Shown: positions 48,825-60,845, counted from the first letter of the stretch. The stretch: 64,000 nt of DNA from Neisseria sp. (GCF_030527965.1 NZ_JAUMZU010000001.1:86141-150140); one strand, 5' to 3'. The notes: generated from the sequence alone by a model not told the origin. Translations and numbers: made by a program.

Positions 48825-49681
48825 TGAGTTCCGCCAAAACGAATCCTTTGCTAACCGAATCTAGATGGGTGCGTTGCCTGTTGATTACGCTGGCATTGGG
48901 CTTTTTATTGCTGATGCTGGTTATTCCTTTGGTATCCGTGTTCTGGCATGCGCTGAACAAAGGTTTGGCATTGTATGCCGAAGCCTTGGTTAATCCGGAT
49001 GCGCTTTCCGCCATCAAGCTGACATTGTTGATCGCCGCTATTGTCGTGCCGTTGAATGCCGTGTTGGGTATCGCCATCGCTTGGCTGCTGACCCGTTTTG
49101 ATTTCCGCGGCAAACAGCTTTTTACCACGTTGCTCGACCTTCCTTTTTCCGTATCGCCGGTGGTGGCGGGGCTGATGTTTGTTTTGCTGTTCGGCACCAA
49201 CAGTCTGATGGGCGGCTGGCTCGAAGCACACGGCATTCAGATTATTTTTGCTTTGCCGGGTATGGTGCTCGCCACCTTATTTGTTACTTTTCCGTTTGTT
49301 GCCCGCGAATTGATTCCTCTGATGCAGGCGCAGGGCGACAGTGAAGAGCAGGCGGCGCTGATTCTAGGCGCCAGCGGTTGGCAGATGTTTCGCCGGATTA
49401 CGCTGCCCAATATCAAATGGGCGCTGCTATACGGCATTATTTTGACCAATGCCCGGTCAATGGGCGAGTTCGGCGCCGTGAGCATGGTATCCGGCCATAT
49501 ACGCGGCGAAACCAACACTTTGCCTTTGCAGGTGGAAATTCTATACAACGAATATAACTTTACCGCGGCTTTCGCGCTTTCAAGCCTGCTGGCGGTGCTG
49601 GCATTGATGACCTTATTGCTGCAAAACCTTCTGACATGGTGGCAGCGCAAACAATTGGCGGCAGCCAAACGCCCAGATTGA
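48824..49681 (+). CDS. cysW: Sulfate/thiosulfate ABC transporter permease CysW
   Basis: 285 aa; 1-nt overlap with cysT stop. Confidence 0.9.
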   Translation: MSSAKTNPLLTESRWVRCLLITLALGFLLLMLVIPLVSVFWHALNKGLALYAEALVNPDALSAIKLTLLIAAIVVPLNAVLGIAIAWLLTRFDFRGKQLFTTLLDLPFSVSPVVAGLMFVLLFGTNSLMGGWLEAHGIQIIFALPGMVLATLFVTFPFVARELIPLMQAQGDSEEQAALILGASGWQMFRRITLPNIKWALLYGIILTNARSMGEFGAVSMVSGHIRGETNTLPLQVEILYNEYNFTAAFALSSLLAVLALMTLLLQNLLTWWQRKQLAAAKRPD

Positions 49682-49727
49682 TATGGTTAAAATGCCTGTC
49701 TGAAAAAAGAAACTACCGGAAAAAACC

Positions 49728-50810
49728 ATGACCATCCGTATTGAAAATCTTAATAAGCATTTTGGCAATTTTCATGCCTTGCAAAACATCAATCTCACGG
49801 TGCCTACGGGCAGCCTGACCGCTTTGCTCGGCCCTTCCGGCTGTGGCAAAACCACGTTGCTGCGCATTATTGCCGGCTTGGAACATGCCGATAGCGGCGC
49901 GATTTTTTTTGATGATGAAAACGTTACCGCCAAACATGTGCGCGAGCGCAAAGTGGGCTTTATGTTTCAGCATTACGCCTTGTTTCGGCATATGAATGTG
50001 TTTGACAATATCGCTTTCGGCTTGCAGATTTTACCACGTCGCGAGCGCCCGTCTAAAGCCGAGATTGAAGAAAAAGTTTTAACACTGCTCAAACTGGTGC
50101 AGCTCGAACAGCTTGCCAAAGCCTACCCTGATCAGCTCTCGGGTGGACAGCGGCAGCGTATCGCTTTGGCACGCGCATTGGCAACCGAGCCGAAATTGTT
50201 GCTTTTAGACGAACCTTTCGGTGCGTTGGATGCGAAGGTGCGCAAGGAATTACGACATTGGCTGCGCCAGATTCATCACGAGCTGGGCATTACCAGCATT
50301 CTGGTTACCCACGATCAGGAAGAAGCGTTGGAAATGGCAGATGAAATCGTAGTTATGAATCATGGCGTGATAGAGCAGGTCGGCAGTGGCGATAATCTTT
50401 ACCATACGCCCGCTAATGTATTTGTTACCGAGTTTCTCGGCGAAGTAAACGCGTTTGACGATGCCCGCATCGAGCAAAATCATCTCTATATCGGCGGCTA
50501 TCAGGAGCCTTTGTCGGGGCCGAGCAACGAGCGACAAAACGTAACCGCTTATGTGCGCCCTCATGAATTGGCCGTTTTTACCCGCCCTAAGGAAAACAGC
50601 ATTGGCGAAGCAGAAATCGAAGCCATTCAAACCACCGGCCCGATGGTAAGGCTAACTTTACGGCAAGCCGACAGCCGCAAAACCTTACAAGCGCTGATGC
50701 CGCAATCACAATATCGCGCCGAACCGCTGGAGGTTTCTCAAACCGTATGGCTTTATCCGCAAGCGCGTACGGTATTCAAGCTGCCGCAAATGGTGGAATA
50801 TGTGATTTAG
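49728..50810 (+). CDS. cysA: Sulfate/thiosulfate import ATP-binding protein CysA
   Basis: Walker [18 protein letters not shown] signature; C-terminal TOBE domain. Confidence 0.9.
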   Translation: MTIRIENLNKHFGNFHALQNINLTVPTGSLTALLGPSGCGKTTLLRIIAGLEHADSGAIFFDDENVTAKHVRERKVGFMFQHYALFRHMNVFDNIAFGLQILPRRERPSKAEIEEKVLTLLKLVQLEQLAKAYPDQLSGGQRQRIALARALATEPKLLLLDEPFGALDAKVRKELRHWLRQIHHELGITSILVTHDQEEALEMADEIVVMNHGVIEQVGSGDNLYHTPANVFVTEFLGEVNAFDDARIEQNHLYIGGYQEPLSGPSNERQNVTAYVRPHELAVFTRPKENSIGEAEIEAIQTTGPMVRLTLRQADSRKTLQALMPQSQYRAEPLEVSQTVWLYPQARTVFKLPQMVEYVI

Positions 50811-50829
50811 CTGCTTGGTCTTGAAAAAA

Positions 50830-50857
50830 GCCTGTCTGAAAATGTTTTCAGACAGGC
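50830..50857. terminator. DUS inverted pair hairpin between cysA and fadD (convergent)
   Basis: gcctgtctgaa aatgtt ttcagacaggc. Confidence 0.6.
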
Positions 50858-50965
50858 TTTGTTTTTGCTGGAAAGAGTTGAATGGATGCTCGGGCTAATA
50901 TCGCCACGCGAAACGCAGAATAGTTTGAAAGCGGATTTTAAGGCCATACTTGAGTTCCCACTCCT

Positions 50966-52663
50966 TTAAACTTTATCGCCGTGTTGCTTTTCTTTGGCTT
51001 CCACTTCATCGCGTAACACGCGGCGCAAGATTTTTCCGACATTCGATTTTGGCAATTCTTCGCGGAATTCAATATCGCGCGGCACCTTATAGGCGGTAAG
51101 CTGAGTGCGGCAATAGGCGATTAAGTCTTCCTTCGTTAGCGAGTCGTCTTTCCTGACTACGAAAAGCTTGAGCGCTTCGCCGGTCTTTTCACTGTTCACG
51201 CCGATGCAGGCGGCTTCGCTGGCTTTCGGGTGACCAACCACCACGTCTTCCACTTCATTCGGGTAAACATTAAAGCCCGATACCACAATCAAATCTTTTT
51301 TGCGGTCAACCAATTTGAAGCGCCCTTCGTTATCCATCACGGCAATATCACCGGTTTCCAGAAAGCCACGCGCGTCGAGCACTTTGGCGGTTTCTTCCGG
51401 CCTATTCCAATAACCTTTCATCACTTGCGGCCCGCGTACCCACAATTCGCCCGCTTCGCCTTGTGCAACTTCGCTGCCATCGGCATTGCGCAATTCAATC
51501 TCTGTACTCGGTAAAGGAAAGCCGATGGTGCCGGTATATTCTTGGATGTTTAAAGGGTTGCAACACACGCCCGGGCTGGTTTCGGTCAGGCCGTAGGCAT
51601 CGACGATGGCTTGGCCGGTAAGCGCTTTCCAGCGTTCGGCCACTGCTTTTTGCGTTGCCATGCCGCCGCCTAAGCATAAGTGCCACGTACTGAAATCCAC
51701 CTCTTTCAATTCGGGTTTGTTTAAGAGGCCGTTATAAAGCGTATTGACGCCGATAAAAACGGAAACACGTTCTTTTTTAAGGGTTTTTATCATGCCTGTC
51801 AAATCGCGCGGATTGGCAATCAAAATGTTTTTCGAGCCGGCCTGGGTGAAAATCATCAGATTAACGGTAAAGGAAAAAATATGATAAAGCGGCAAAACGG
51901 TAACCACCGTTTCCTTACCGGCTTGCAGCTTGGGCTTAATCCACTCGGCTGCCTGCATCATGTTGGCACAAATATTGCCGTGCGTGAGCATTGCACCTTT
52001 GGCCACGCCGGTGGTGCCGCCGGTGTATTGCAATAAGGCTAAATCTTCGCGATTAAGCTCGACCGGTTGCAACGTATGCCGGCTGCCTTGTTGCAATGCC
52101 TGCTTGAAAGAAACGGTATTCGCAATATGGAAGGGCGGCACGATTTTTTTGATTTTGCGCGCGATGAAGTTGGCCACGGCGCCTTTGACTGTGCCCAGCA
52201 TATCGCCAATGCTGGTAAGCATTACATGCTTGATATCTGTATGCGGCAAAACTTCGGCTAGCGTGTGGGCGAAATTTTCCAGCACGACGATGGTATTCGC
52301 GCCACTGTCGTTTAGCTGATGCGCCAATTCGCGAGGCGTGTACAACGGGTTAACATTAACCACGACCATACCCGCTTTGAGCGCTCCAAAAATAGCAACG
52401 GGATATTGCAACACATTCGGCATCATTACGGCAATCCGTTCGCCGCGCGGCAATTTCAAAACATTTTGCAGATACGAAGCGAATTGTTTTACCCGTTCCG
52501 ACATTTCTCCGTAGCTGATGCCGCTGCCGAAACTAGTAAAAGCAATCTGGTCGCGAAATTTTTCAACGCTTTGTTCGAATACATCGAGAATGGATTGATA
52601 GCGCTGAACGTCGATTTCAGCGTCGATGCCGGGTTCGTAGTTTTTGAGCCAGATTTTTTCCAT
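50966..52663 (-). CDS. fadD: Long-chain-fatty-acid--CoA ligase FadD
   Basis: 565 aa; AMP-binding motif LQYTGGTTGVAKGAMLTH. Confidence 0.85.
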   Translation of the reverse strand: MEKIWLKNYEPGIDAEIDVQRYQSILDVFEQSVEKFRDQIAFTSFGSGISYGEMSERVKQFASYLQNVLKLPRGERIAVMMPNVLQYPVAIFGALKAGMVVVNVNPLYTPRELAHQLNDSGANTIVVLENFAHTLAEVLPHTDIKHVMLTSIGDMLGTVKGAVANFIARKIKKIVPPFHIANTVSFKQALQQGSRHTLQPVELNREDLALLQYTGGTTGVAKGAMLTHGNICANMMQAAEWIKPKLQAGKETVVTVLPLYHIFSFTVNLMIFTQAGSKNILIANPRDLTGMIKTLKKERVSVFIGVNTLYNGLLNKPELKEVDFSTWHLCLGGGMATQKAVAERWKALTGQAIVDAYGLTETSPGVCCNPLNIQEYTGTIGFPLPSTEIELRNADGSEVAQGEAGELWVRGPQVMKGYWNRPEETAKVLDARGFLETGDIAVMDNEGRFKLVDRKKDLIVVSGFNVYPNEVEDVVVGHPKASEAACIGVNSEKTGEALKLFVVRKDDSLTKEDLIAYCRTQLTAYKVPRDIEFREELPKSNVGKILRRVLRDEVEAKEKQHGDKV

Positions 52664-52794
52664 TTGTTATCCTTATTGGTGTCGTCTCATAATGCGGCTT
52701 CATCCATGAGGCTCGAGAAACCGGAAAGATTCGTTTTTTGTGGTTTAAATACAGAAAATGCCTGTCTGAACCTTTCAGACAGGCATTTTGATGC

Positions 52795-53898
52795 TTACGT
52801 TACGATAACCGGTTTATCCGTCGCAACAATAATCCCGCCGCCCAAACATATTTCGCCATCATACAATACGGCAGATTGTCCGGGGGTAACCGCCCATTGC
52901 GGTTCGTCAAACTGTAATTCGGCCGAGCCGTTGTCAAGATAATTCAACGTGCACGGTGCGTCGGTCATACGGTAACGGGTTTTGCAGGTATAACGGCCGG
53001 CTTGCGGGCGCTCGGGCAGGGTGAAGCTCAAATCGTTCATGATCAGGCTGCGGGTGTAGAGCAGGGGATGATCGTGGCCTTGCACAACCAATAGCTCATT
53101 TTTCGTTAGATCTTTGCCGACCACAAACCAAGGCTCGCCCGCGCCACCGATGCCCAAGCCTTTGCGCTGGCCTATGGTATAAAACATCAGCCCGAGATGT
53201 TCGCCCACGATTTTTCCTTCGGGCGTGACCATGTTGCCATTGTTGGTAGGCAGATATTTCTGCAAAAAATCACGAAACGGGCGTTCGCCGATAAAGCAAA
53301 TGCCGGTGCTGTCTTTTTTTGCCGCGGTCGGCAATTCTGCCGCTGTGGCCAAGCGGCGGACTTCCGGTTTTTCCAAATGACCGAGCGGAAAAATAGATCG
53401 CTCGAGTTGATGCGGTTGCAGTCGATAAAGGAAATAGCTTTGGTCTTTGTTGGCATCAAGGCCTTTGAGCAGATAATGAATGTTATCGCGTACTTCTTTA
53501 CGCGCGTAATGGCCGGTGGCGATAACATCGGCACCTTGTTCCATTGCATAATCCAGAAAGCATTTGAACTTGATTTCAGCGTTACAGAGCACATCGGGAT
53601 TCGGTGTGCGGCCTGCTTGGTATTCCGTTAAAAAATAAGCGAATACTTTGTCTTTATATTGCGAAGCAAAGTTCACAATGTCGATATCAATGCCGAGAAT
53701 ATCGGCTACGGCAATCGCGTCAAATGAATCTTGCTTGATGCTGCAATATTCGTCGTTATCATCATCTTCCCAGTTTTGCATAAATACCCCGCGCACCCGA
53801 TGGCCTTGCTGCTTGAGCAAGGCTGCAGTCACGGAAGAATCCACGCCGCCCGAAAGGCCGACGATAATATTTTGCGGGTGGTTGGAAAGGGTATTCAT
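52795..53898 (-). CDS. mnmA: tRNA-specific 2-thiouridylase MnmA
   Basis: [10 protein letters not shown]-loop; canonical MnmA. Confidence 0.9.
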   Translation of the reverse strand: MNTLSNHPQNIIVGLSGGVDSSVTAALLKQQGHRVRGVFMQNWEDDDNDEYCSIKQDSFDAIAVADILGIDIDIVNFASQYKDKVFAYFLTEYQAGRTPNPDVLCNAEIKFKCFLDYAMEQGADVIATGHYARKEVRDNIHYLLKGLDANKDQSYFLYRLQPHQLERSIFPLGHLEKPEVRRLATAAELPTAAKKDSTGICFIGERPFRDFLQKYLPTNNGNMVTPEGKIVGEHLGLMFYTIGQRKGLGIGGAGEPWFVVGKDLTKNELLVVQGHDHPLLYTRSLIMNDLSFTLPERPQAGRYTCKTRYRMTDAPCTLNYLDNGSAELQFDEPQWAVTPGQSAVLYDGEICLGGGIIVATDKPVIVT

Positions 53899-53981
53899 TT
53901 GAGAAATCAGAATAATACGGATAGAAAGGGCGGCATTCTAACATATTTTAAAACGGGCATCCGCAGGGTTTTTTTGACAAT

Positions 53982-54009
53982 GCCTGTCTGAAAGTCTGTT
54001 TCAGACAGG
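53982..54009. terminator. DUS inverted pair hairpin between mnmA start region and rnr end
   Basis: gcctgtctgaa agtctgt ttcagacaggc. Confidence 0.55.
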
Positions 54010-54018
54010 CATTTCGCC

Positions 54019-56430
54019 CTATTTTTTGCCATTGCTTTTTTTTCGTTTGGCGCCCGACGGTTTGGCCGTTTTAGATTTGGTTTTGCTCGCTACCAGTGCG
54101 ATTTTTCCATTCACCATTTTTAGCGAATTGGTGGTTTTTGCGGAACGTGCGGACGTTTTCGCTTTCGAAGTCTGAGCTTGCTTTTCTGTATTAACGGTTT
54201 TGCCGGCCGCTCTTTTCGGTTTTTCCGATGTTTTCGGCGCTGTTTGTTTACGGCGTTTTTTACCTTGAACGCCGCCCGCAATCAAAGTCAGGTCGATTTT
54301 GCTGGTATCCAAATCGGCACGTGCCACTTTAACGACAACTTTATCGCCCATCGAAAAACGCAAACCGCTGCGTTCGCCTTCGATGGCCATGATTTCAGGA
54401 CGGTAATTGAAATAATCTTCGCCCAAATCGCTGATGTGTACCAAACCTTCAATATGGATATTATCCAGCGTAACAAATATGCCGAAATTGGTTATTCCGG
54501 AAATTTTGCCTTCAAACACTTCGCCGACTTTATCCTGCATATAATATGTTTTCAGCCAGTTTTCCACATCTCGGCTGGCCTCGTCTGCACGCCGTTCAGC
54601 AAAGGAAGTATGCACGCCGGCCGCTTCCCATGATTTGGGTTGATATCCCTCTTTTTGCAAAACCGCTTTAATGGCGCGGTGCACCATCAAATCGGGATAA
54701 CGGCGGATGGGTGAGGTAAAGTGGGCATAATGCTCGTAGGCAAGGCCGAAGTGGCCTTCATTATGCGATTCGTATACTGCCTGCTGCATAGAACGCAGCA
54801 GCATAACTTGCAATAATTCCCGGTCGGGCCTGTCTGAAAACTGTTCGGCCAATTTTGCATAGTCGATGGGAGAAGGTTTTTCGCCTCCGCCTAGGCTTAA
54901 CCCGAGCAAGCCGAGCTGCTCGCGCAGAGCGGTCAGTTTTTCCGGCGTAGGGCCCGAATGGTTGCGAAATAAAGCGGGATGTTTGTTTTCCAACAGAAAA
55001 TCGGCCGCACAAACATTGGCCGCCAGCATACATTCTTCAATCAGTTTATGCGCATCATTACGGATAACGGGAACAATACGCTTGATTTTACCGTTATCGT
55101 CAAACAGCATTTGCGTTTCGGTGCTTTCAAACTCCACCGCGCCGCGCTGGCGGCGTTTTTTTTGCAGAATGCCGAAAAGCTTATATAGCGTGTCCAACTC
55201 TTTCTTATGAGGGTTGTCTTCACCGCTTTCCAACCATTGCCAGACTTGGTTGTAAGTCAGGCGGGCGTGCGACCGCATGACCGCAGGGTAAAAGGTGTAG
55301 GATTTAACATTGCCCATATAAGAAATCTGCATATCGCACACCATACACAGACGTTCGACATCAGGATTCAACGAACAGATACCGTTGGATAAATTTTCCG
55401 GCAGCATTGGAATCACACGGCGCGGGAAATAAACGCTGGTGCTCCGTTCGTAGGCATCTTTATCCAGTGCATCATCGGGGCGAACATAATGGCTTACATC
55501 GGCAATCGCCACCACCAACCGATAATTGCGGCCTTGTTTCTCCGCATACACGGCATCATCGAAATCACGCGCCGTTTCACCGTCGATGGTAACTAGCGGC
55601 AAGTCGCGTAAATCCACACGGTTTTTCAAATCTTTCTTTAAAACAGCCGTCGGAATCTTAGCTGCTGCTTTCAGACAGGCATCACTGAATTGGTGCGGCA
55701 AATGGTGTTTGCGCACGGCAATTTCGATTTCCATGCCGCTATCGGCATAGTCGCCCAACACTTCGATTAATTTTGCAACCGCCGGATGATGCCCTTCGGG
55801 ATAGCTTTCGATTTTTGCCATCACCACCTGGCCGTCGGCCGGTTTAAGCGAAGCCACAGATTCCGGCTCCAGCAAAATAGGTTGGCTTAAACGTTTGTCT
55901 TCCGGCTCCAGCACGGCAACACCGCGTTCCAAATAAAAACGGCCGACCACGTCAATATTGGCTCGCTCCAAAATTTCCAGCACTTGGCCTTCGCGCCGCC
56001 CGCGCCTATCCACGCTACCCGGACGCACCATCACAATATCACCGTGCATCAAGCCGCGCATTTGGCGCTCATACAAAACAAAATCATTTTGCCCGCCGCT
56101 CAATGGCACGGCAAAGCCGAAACCGTCTTTATGCGCATCCACCCGGCATTTCACCAATGCCAGCTTATCCGCCGCACATACTGCACCGCGACGGTTGATC
56201 AATACTTGCCCGTCGCGCGCCATCGCTCTGATTCTGCGCTCGAAAAACTCATATTCTTCGGGCTGAATAGAAAGTTTTTCAGCCAAGTCATTAATTTTTA
56301 AGGGTACGCCTTCTTTATCAAGTAAATCGATAATCCATTCGCGGCTGGGTAAAGGGTGCTCGTAACGCTGTTTCTCGCGCTCCAGATAAGGGTCTTTTTC
56401 TCTTAGATTAAGTTTAACTTTTTTCTTCAT
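54019..56430 (-). CDS. rnr: Ribonuclease R with Lys-rich C-terminal tail
   Basis: 803 aa; RNB domain, S1 domain, basic K-rich C-terminus typical of RNase R. Confidence 0.9.
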   Translation of the reverse strand: MKKKVKLNLREKDPYLEREKQRYEHPLPSREWIIDLLDKEGVPLKINDLAEKLSIQPEEYEFFERRIRAMARDGQVLINRRGAVCAADKLALVKCRVDAHKDGFGFAVPLSGGQNDFVLYERQMRGLMHGDIVMVRPGSVDRRGRREGQVLEILERANIDVVGRFYLERGVAVLEPEDKRLSQPILLEPESVASLKPADGQVVMAKIESYPEGHHPAVAKLIEVLGDYADSGMEIEIAVRKHHLPHQFSDACLKAAAKIPTAVLKKDLKNRVDLRDLPLVTIDGETARDFDDAVYAEKQGRNYRLVVAIADVSHYVRPDDALDKDAYERSTSVYFPRRVIPMLPENLSNGICSLNPDVERLCMVCDMQISYMGNVKSYTFYPAVMRSHARLTYNQVWQWLESGEDNPHKKELDTLYKLFGILQKKRRQRGAVEFESTETQMLFDDNGKIKRIVPVIRNDAHKLIEECMLAANVCAADFLLENKHPALFRNHSGPTPEKLTALREQLGLLGLSLGGGEKPSPIDYAKLAEQFSDRPDRELLQVMLLRSMQQAVYESHNEGHFGLAYEHYAHFTSPIRRYPDLMVHRAIKAVLQKEGYQPKSWEAAGVHTSFAERRADEASRDVENWLKTYYMQDKVGEVFEGKISGITNFGIFVTLDNIHIEGLVHISDLGEDYFNYRPEIMAIEGERSGLRFSMGDKVVVKVARADLDTSKIDLTLIAGGVQGKKRRKQTAPKTSEKPKRAAGKTVNTEKQAQTSKAKTSARSAKTTNSLKMVNGKIALVASKTKSKTAKPSGAKRKKSNGKK

Positions 56431-56516
56431 TTTCTGATTGACATTTTTTTGTAAGGTTTTATAATGGCGAACTTCATTTTGGAAGCACTTTAACGTAAAT
56501 TACAGATTAAAGCAAA

Positions 56517-56603
56517 GCCCAGATGGCGGAATTGGTAGACGCGCTAGCTTCAGGTGCTAGTGTCCTCACGGGCGTGGAAGTTCGAGTCTTCTTCTGGGCA
56601 CCA
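56517..56603 (+). tRNA. tRNA-Leu (anticodon CAG), copy 1
   Basis: Cloverleaf by hand: acceptor GCCCAGA/TCTGGGC, anticodon loop TTCAGGT, long variable arm, TTCGAGT T-loop, CCA encoded. Confidence 0.85.
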
Positions 56604-56630
56604 TTCGATTTCTTTAATTTGTAGCGTTAT

Positions 56631-56717
56631 GCCCAGATGGCGGAATTGGTAGACGCGCTAGCTTCAGGTGCTAGTATCCTCACGGGTGTGGAAGTTCGAG
56701 TCTTCTTCTGGGCACCA
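56631..56717 (+). tRNA. tRNA-Leu (anticodon CAG), copy 2
   Basis: Identical to copy 1 except compensatory G-C to A-T change in variable-arm stem. Confidence 0.85.
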
Positions 56718-56819
56718 TAGATATAAACCCGGCTTATGAAACTGAAGTTGGGTTTTATCGCTTTCAGACAGGCATTCTTGCTAGGATGCTTTAAAGGCAG
56801 TATAATTTATTTCCCTCAC

Positions 56820-56910
56820 AGAGAGGTGGATGAGTGGTTGAAGTCGCACGCCTGGAAAGCGTGTATACGTTTATAGCGTATCGAGGGTTCGAATCCCTTC
56901 CTCTCTGCCA
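56820..56910 (+). tRNA. tRNA-Ser (anticodon GGA)
   Basis: TGGATGAGTGGTTGAAG D-arm region like E. coli tRNA-Ser; anticodon loop CTGGAAA; long variable arm; GGTTCGAATCC T-arm; CCA encoded. Confidence 0.8.
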
Positions 56911-57050
56911 GAATTCTTAAAGTAAGCAATTTAAAACGCTCCGCAATCATAATGATGCGGAGCGTTTTGTTTAATGACAACTCAACTAACTGGATTACGT
57001 ATCCTATCTCAATATCAATCAAATGGGTTTTCATCATGCCGGTCTGAAAC

Positions 57051-57722
57051 TTAAAGCATGGTTTTCAATGCCTGCCATGCTTGCGGCAACTCGGTAAAAC
57101 CATTTTCAGCCAGAAAATGCCCGCCTTTCGGTATCCTGATAATGGCACTGCCAAGCTGCTTGGCCAGCTTGAGGCTTTCAGATGGCTCTACGATTGGATC
57201 GTCGGTGCTGATGATGCTGTAGATTTTGGGGCTCATAACACGAATGGCTGCAAAATCAATATGAGCATGCTCTACATAAGCATCAATATCGTAGCCGTTT
57301 ATCATAGGAAGGGCTGGCAGTTTGGCGCCAAATCCCGCCACTAATATTAAGCCGCCGATGCGTGCAGGGTGAGTAGCTGAAAGATAATGTAACAGACTGA
57401 TGGTGCCGAGGCTGTGGGCAATAAAAATATCATTTTCCTGCGGTTGACCTATATGCTCGGTCAAAACTGCTTGCCAGTGGTTGAAGTCCGGATTATGGCT
57501 ATCGGGTAGTGCGATATTGTCTACCATTAAGCCTTCAGCTGCCAATCGAGCCGCTAGCCATGGAAACCAATGATCGTTCGGGGAGGCGCTGAAGCCATGA
57601 ATGATATATGCTTTTTTAACGCTTGGTTTGGTTTTGTTTGCCGCATAAGCGGATGAAACGGCATGGGTGCCAACGGCAAGCATAGCCGTGGTTAGTAAGC
57701 AAAATTGCCGGCGATTCATCAT
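57051..57722 (-). CDS. Alpha/beta hydrolase (RBBP9/YdeN-like serine hydrolase) with Tat-type signal peptide
   Basis: MMNRRQFCLLTTAMLAVGTHAVSSAYA (RRQF twin-arginine); AHSLG nucleophile elbow. Confidence 0.75.
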   Translation of the reverse strand: MMNRRQFCLLTTAMLAVGTHAVSSAYAANKTKPSVKKAYIIHGFSASPNDHWFPWLAARLAAEGLMVDNIALPDSHNPDFNHWQAVLTEHIGQPQENDIFIAHSLGTISLLHYLSATHPARIGGLILVAGFGAKLPALPMINGYDIDAYVEHAHIDFAAIRVMSPKIYSIISTDDPIVEPSESLKLAKQLGSAIIRIPKGGHFLAENGFTELPQAWQALKTML

Positions 57723-57786
57723 CTTATTCCTCGGTGTCGTTTATAATGCGATAAGCTTAAAATATGACATAGTGTGAGGGTCAACC

Positions 57787-58122
57787 ATGAAAATCAGTGA
57801 GGTTGCTAAAAAGTGTGAAACCAGCGTTCGGATGATTCGCTTTTATGAAACTTTAAATTTGATCCAACCTGTGCGCAACAACAGCGGCTACCGCGTTTAT
57901 ACCGAAAATGATGTCGAAATTATCAGAAAAATCATTCTGCTCAATCGAACAGGATTGCCATTGAAAGACATTGCGCTGATGCGCGATTGCATAAATGATG
58001 AACCGCAGGATTTTTGTAACGATTTACGGGCCAAATTAATGGCGAAGCAAAGCGATATAGACCGTCAGATTGCCTGTCTGAAAGCGTCGAAAGCCTTACT
58101 TGACGATTTATTGGCCCGTTGA
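57787..58122 (+). CDS. MerR family transcriptional regulator
   Basis: MKISEVAKKCETSVRMIRFYE HTH typical of MerR; divergent from hydrolase gene. Confidence 0.8.
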   Translation: MKISEVAKKCETSVRMIRFYETLNLIQPVRNNSGYRVYTENDVEIIRKIILLNRTGLPLKDIALMRDCINDEPQDFCNDLRAKLMAKQSDIDRQIACLKASKALLDDLLAR

Positions 58123-58125
58123 GGG

Positions 58126-60699
58126 TTAAACATTCAATTGTTCGAACAGCAAACGTTTCAGCTCCAATTGTTGCTTAGGATTGGCCAAAGATGGGCTGTA
58201 TAACGAAAAACTGTCTTCCACGCGCTCGTCCAGCGTATTGATTTTGGCGTAACGCAGGCTGATGTCGAGTGCAGCGAAGGCCTCCGTAATATTGGCCAAG
58301 AGGTAAGGACGGTTGGCCGTAACGATTTCCAATATAAACCAGCCGGGATAATCTTCTTCTTCGGTAAGCTGGATGGTCGGGGCGATGGGTTGATGACGGA
58401 CGCGGCGGCTGCTGATGCCGCAGGTTTCGTCTCCTTCATCAAATTTTCCTTGGAGAAAATCGTTGAGCTCTGCTCCAAGTGCGCTTTGAATGAGGGGATA
58501 GTCTTCCGCCGTATAAATGGCGGGAAACTGCACCACAAAAGTATCCAAAATGTAATTGGTTTCGGTAATGAAGGCTCGTGCGGCGACAATATCCAGCCCT
58601 TGGTGGCTGAAGATGCGACATAAGCGGGTAAACAAACGAGGCGCATTGGGCATGTAGATCATCACTTGCAACGTTCCGCCTTCGTTTAATTGGCGGACGG
58701 CAATTTTTGATTCTTCCAGATGGTCGATTAATAAAGGCAGATGCCATAGGATTTCTTGCTCTTCATGGCGAACAAAATAAGCCGCGCCTAATGCCTGCCA
58801 TAAACGACGCTGTTGTTTGGCATCAAATCCCTGTTGCGTAAGGGCTTCGGCCGCACTATTCTGACGATGACCGGTAATGGCGCTGCGGTTGTTTTCGCCT
58901 CCGGCAAGATGCCGGGAAGCGGCGTGAAACAGGCTTTCAAGAAGCCCGGCTTTCCAAGAGTTCCAGATTTTCGGATTGGTTCCCCTTATATCGGCTACGG
59001 TCAATAAATAAAGTGCGGTCAGCCGCTCCTGCGTTTGTACGCGTGCGCAAAAGCGCGAGATTACATCGGTATCGTAGATATCTTCTTTTTGAGCAACCAT
59101 TGACATCAGCAGATGGTCTTCCACCAGCCAAGCCAGAAAATCATTTTCTTCTTGATTAAGAAAATGATCGGCCGCGAATTTACGGGCATCGGCAATGCCT
59201 TCCGTAGCATGATCTCCGCCTCTCCCTTTCGCAATATCGTGAAACATAGCCGCCAGATACAGAATGTATTTTTTCTCAAAGGAATGCATCAGGCTCGAAG
59301 CGAAGGGCAGTTCGTGCACGTGCGTATCCATGGCAAGACGACGCATATTGCGCAATACCATCAAGATATGGTCGTCCACCGGATAAATATGAAATAAATC
59401 ATGCTGCAACAGGCCGGTAATTTTTTTCCAAGCGGGAAGGTATTGACCGAGTACGCCATATAGGTTGAGTAAGCGCATGGTATGGGTTAAGCCGTTGCCG
59501 GCCTTGAAAAAACCGACAAACCGTTCTCGGTTGACCGGATTTTTATAAAACTTTTTATTGATTCTCCGGGTAGCAGCCCACCAAGCACGCAGGGTTTGCG
59601 GAGCTATGGTTTTGATGTCGTTGCGCTTTTGTATGATTTCAATGATTTTGAAAATATGGGTAGGGCTTTTGTGGAAGATATTTTTATCTTTCACAGCAAT
59701 CTGGTTGCCGATTTGATAATAATCATGGTCTATTTGGTGTACATGCCGCGGTAATAGCGAATAAACCCGACCGCGCAGCATGGGGATGATAATGCCGTTG
59801 AGCTGCTTAACGGTTTTGGTGGCTCGGTACAGCATATGCATCAGTTTTTCGCTTTTAATCCGCTTCTCATCATCTTGCAAGCCCATATTGGCAGCAACTT
59901 TACTTTGCAAATCGAACACCAAACGGTCTTCTTCCCGGCCTGCAGCAAGATGCAAATCAATGCGGATTCGTGCGAGCTGCTTATGGCTGTTGGTTAGCAG
60001 GCCGGCCTCTACGCGGGTTAAAACGCGGTTGTGCACCAAGGAATAGGCGGAAGTGGAAAGCCCTTGCGCTTTGCCCAGCCACATCATGGTATGGATGTCG
60101 CGCAAGCCGCCCGGACAGGTTTTGATATTGGGTTCGAGCAAAGCGCCGGAACCTTGCTGCTTGTCATGCCGCTGTTTCATTTCGACGAGCTTCTCTTCTA
60201 TGAACAAAGCGGTTTTGCGCTCCAGACTTAATCTTTGCAGTATGGCGTTACCGATAATGTGGCTGCCGCAGATGAAGCGTGCTTCGAGAAAGGCGGTTTC
60301 GCCGGTTAAATCTTGGGCGATGCTGAGGCATAATTCTTCGATGCTACCGATTTTCACGGCGGGGGTAAGCTGCATGTCCCACAAGGTTTGCACGAACAGG
60401 GCGGCCGCTTCTTGTTGCGCCTCGGTAAGCGGCTCGGCGCAGACAAGAGCCAAGTCCAAATCGGAGTGGGGATACATTTCCCGCCGGCCAAAGCCGCCGA
60501 CGGCCAAAAGGCACATCGGCATGCCGATAAACATTTCCTGCCACAACGCAGCCAGCATGTTATCCAATGCCTGCGTGTATTGCTCGAAAAACAATTGAGG
60601 CTGCCGTTTAGCCAGATAAATATCAACAGCTTGTTGTTTTTTTAAGGAGAGTTCTCGTTCTGCGGCTTGTTTAAAATTCTGCATGACAGGTTCCTGCAA
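58126..60699 (-). CDS. glnD: [Protein-PII] uridylyltransferase/uridylyl-removing enzyme GlnD
   Basis: 857 aa; nucleotidyltransferase domain, HD domain, two C-terminal ACT domains. Confidence 0.9.
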   Translation of the reverse strand: MQEPVMQNFKQAAERELSLKKQQAVDIYLAKRQPQLFFEQYTQALDNMLAALWQEMFIGMPMCLLAVGGFGRREMYPHSDLDLALVCAEPLTEAQQEAAALFVQTLWDMQLTPAVKIGSIEELCLSIAQDLTGETAFLEARFICGSHIIGNAILQRLSLERKTALFIEEKLVEMKQRHDKQQGSGALLEPNIKTCPGGLRDIHTMMWLGKAQGLSTSAYSLVHNRVLTRVEAGLLTNSHKQLARIRIDLHLAAGREEDRLVFDLQSKVAANMGLQDDEKRIKSEKLMHMLYRATKTVKQLNGIIIPMLRGRVYSLLPRHVHQIDHDYYQIGNQIAVKDKNIFHKSPTHIFKIIEIIQKRNDIKTIAPQTLRAWWAATRRINKKFYKNPVNRERFVGFFKAGNGLTHTMRLLNLYGVLGQYLPAWKKITGLLQHDLFHIYPVDDHILMVLRNMRRLAMDTHVHELPFASSLMHSFEKKYILYLAAMFHDIAKGRGGDHATEGIADARKFAADHFLNQEENDFLAWLVEDHLLMSMVAQKEDIYDTDVISRFCARVQTQERLTALYLLTVADIRGTNPKIWNSWKAGLLESLFHAASRHLAGGENNRSAITGHRQNSAAEALTQQGFDAKQQRRLWQALGAAYFVRHEEQEILWHLPLLIDHLEESKIAVRQLNEGGTLQVMIYMPNAPRLFTRLCRIFSHQGLDIVAARAFITETNYILDTFVVQFPAIYTAEDYPLIQSALGAELNDFLQGKFDEGDETCGISSRRVRHQPIAPTIQLTEEEDYPGWFILEIVTANRPYLLANITEAFAALDISLRYAKINTLDERVEDSFSLYSPSLANPKQQLELKRLLFEQLNV

Positions 60700-60845
60700 T
60701 AGTTTTCAGACAGGCATTAATGCTTGCGGTTTGGTTTGATGCGGCGATTATGCTCTTGATAACATGGGTTTACAATAGACGGATTTTTGTAAATTCGTTA
60801 TAGTGCGCAACTGTTTCTTCCATATTTGTTAGGCAAAGAGTCAAA

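Noticed and set aside
54019-54330. Lys-rich C-terminal tail of RNase R as a separate feature
   Set aside because: A basic K-rich tail is a normal feature of RNase R, not a fusion or repeat element.
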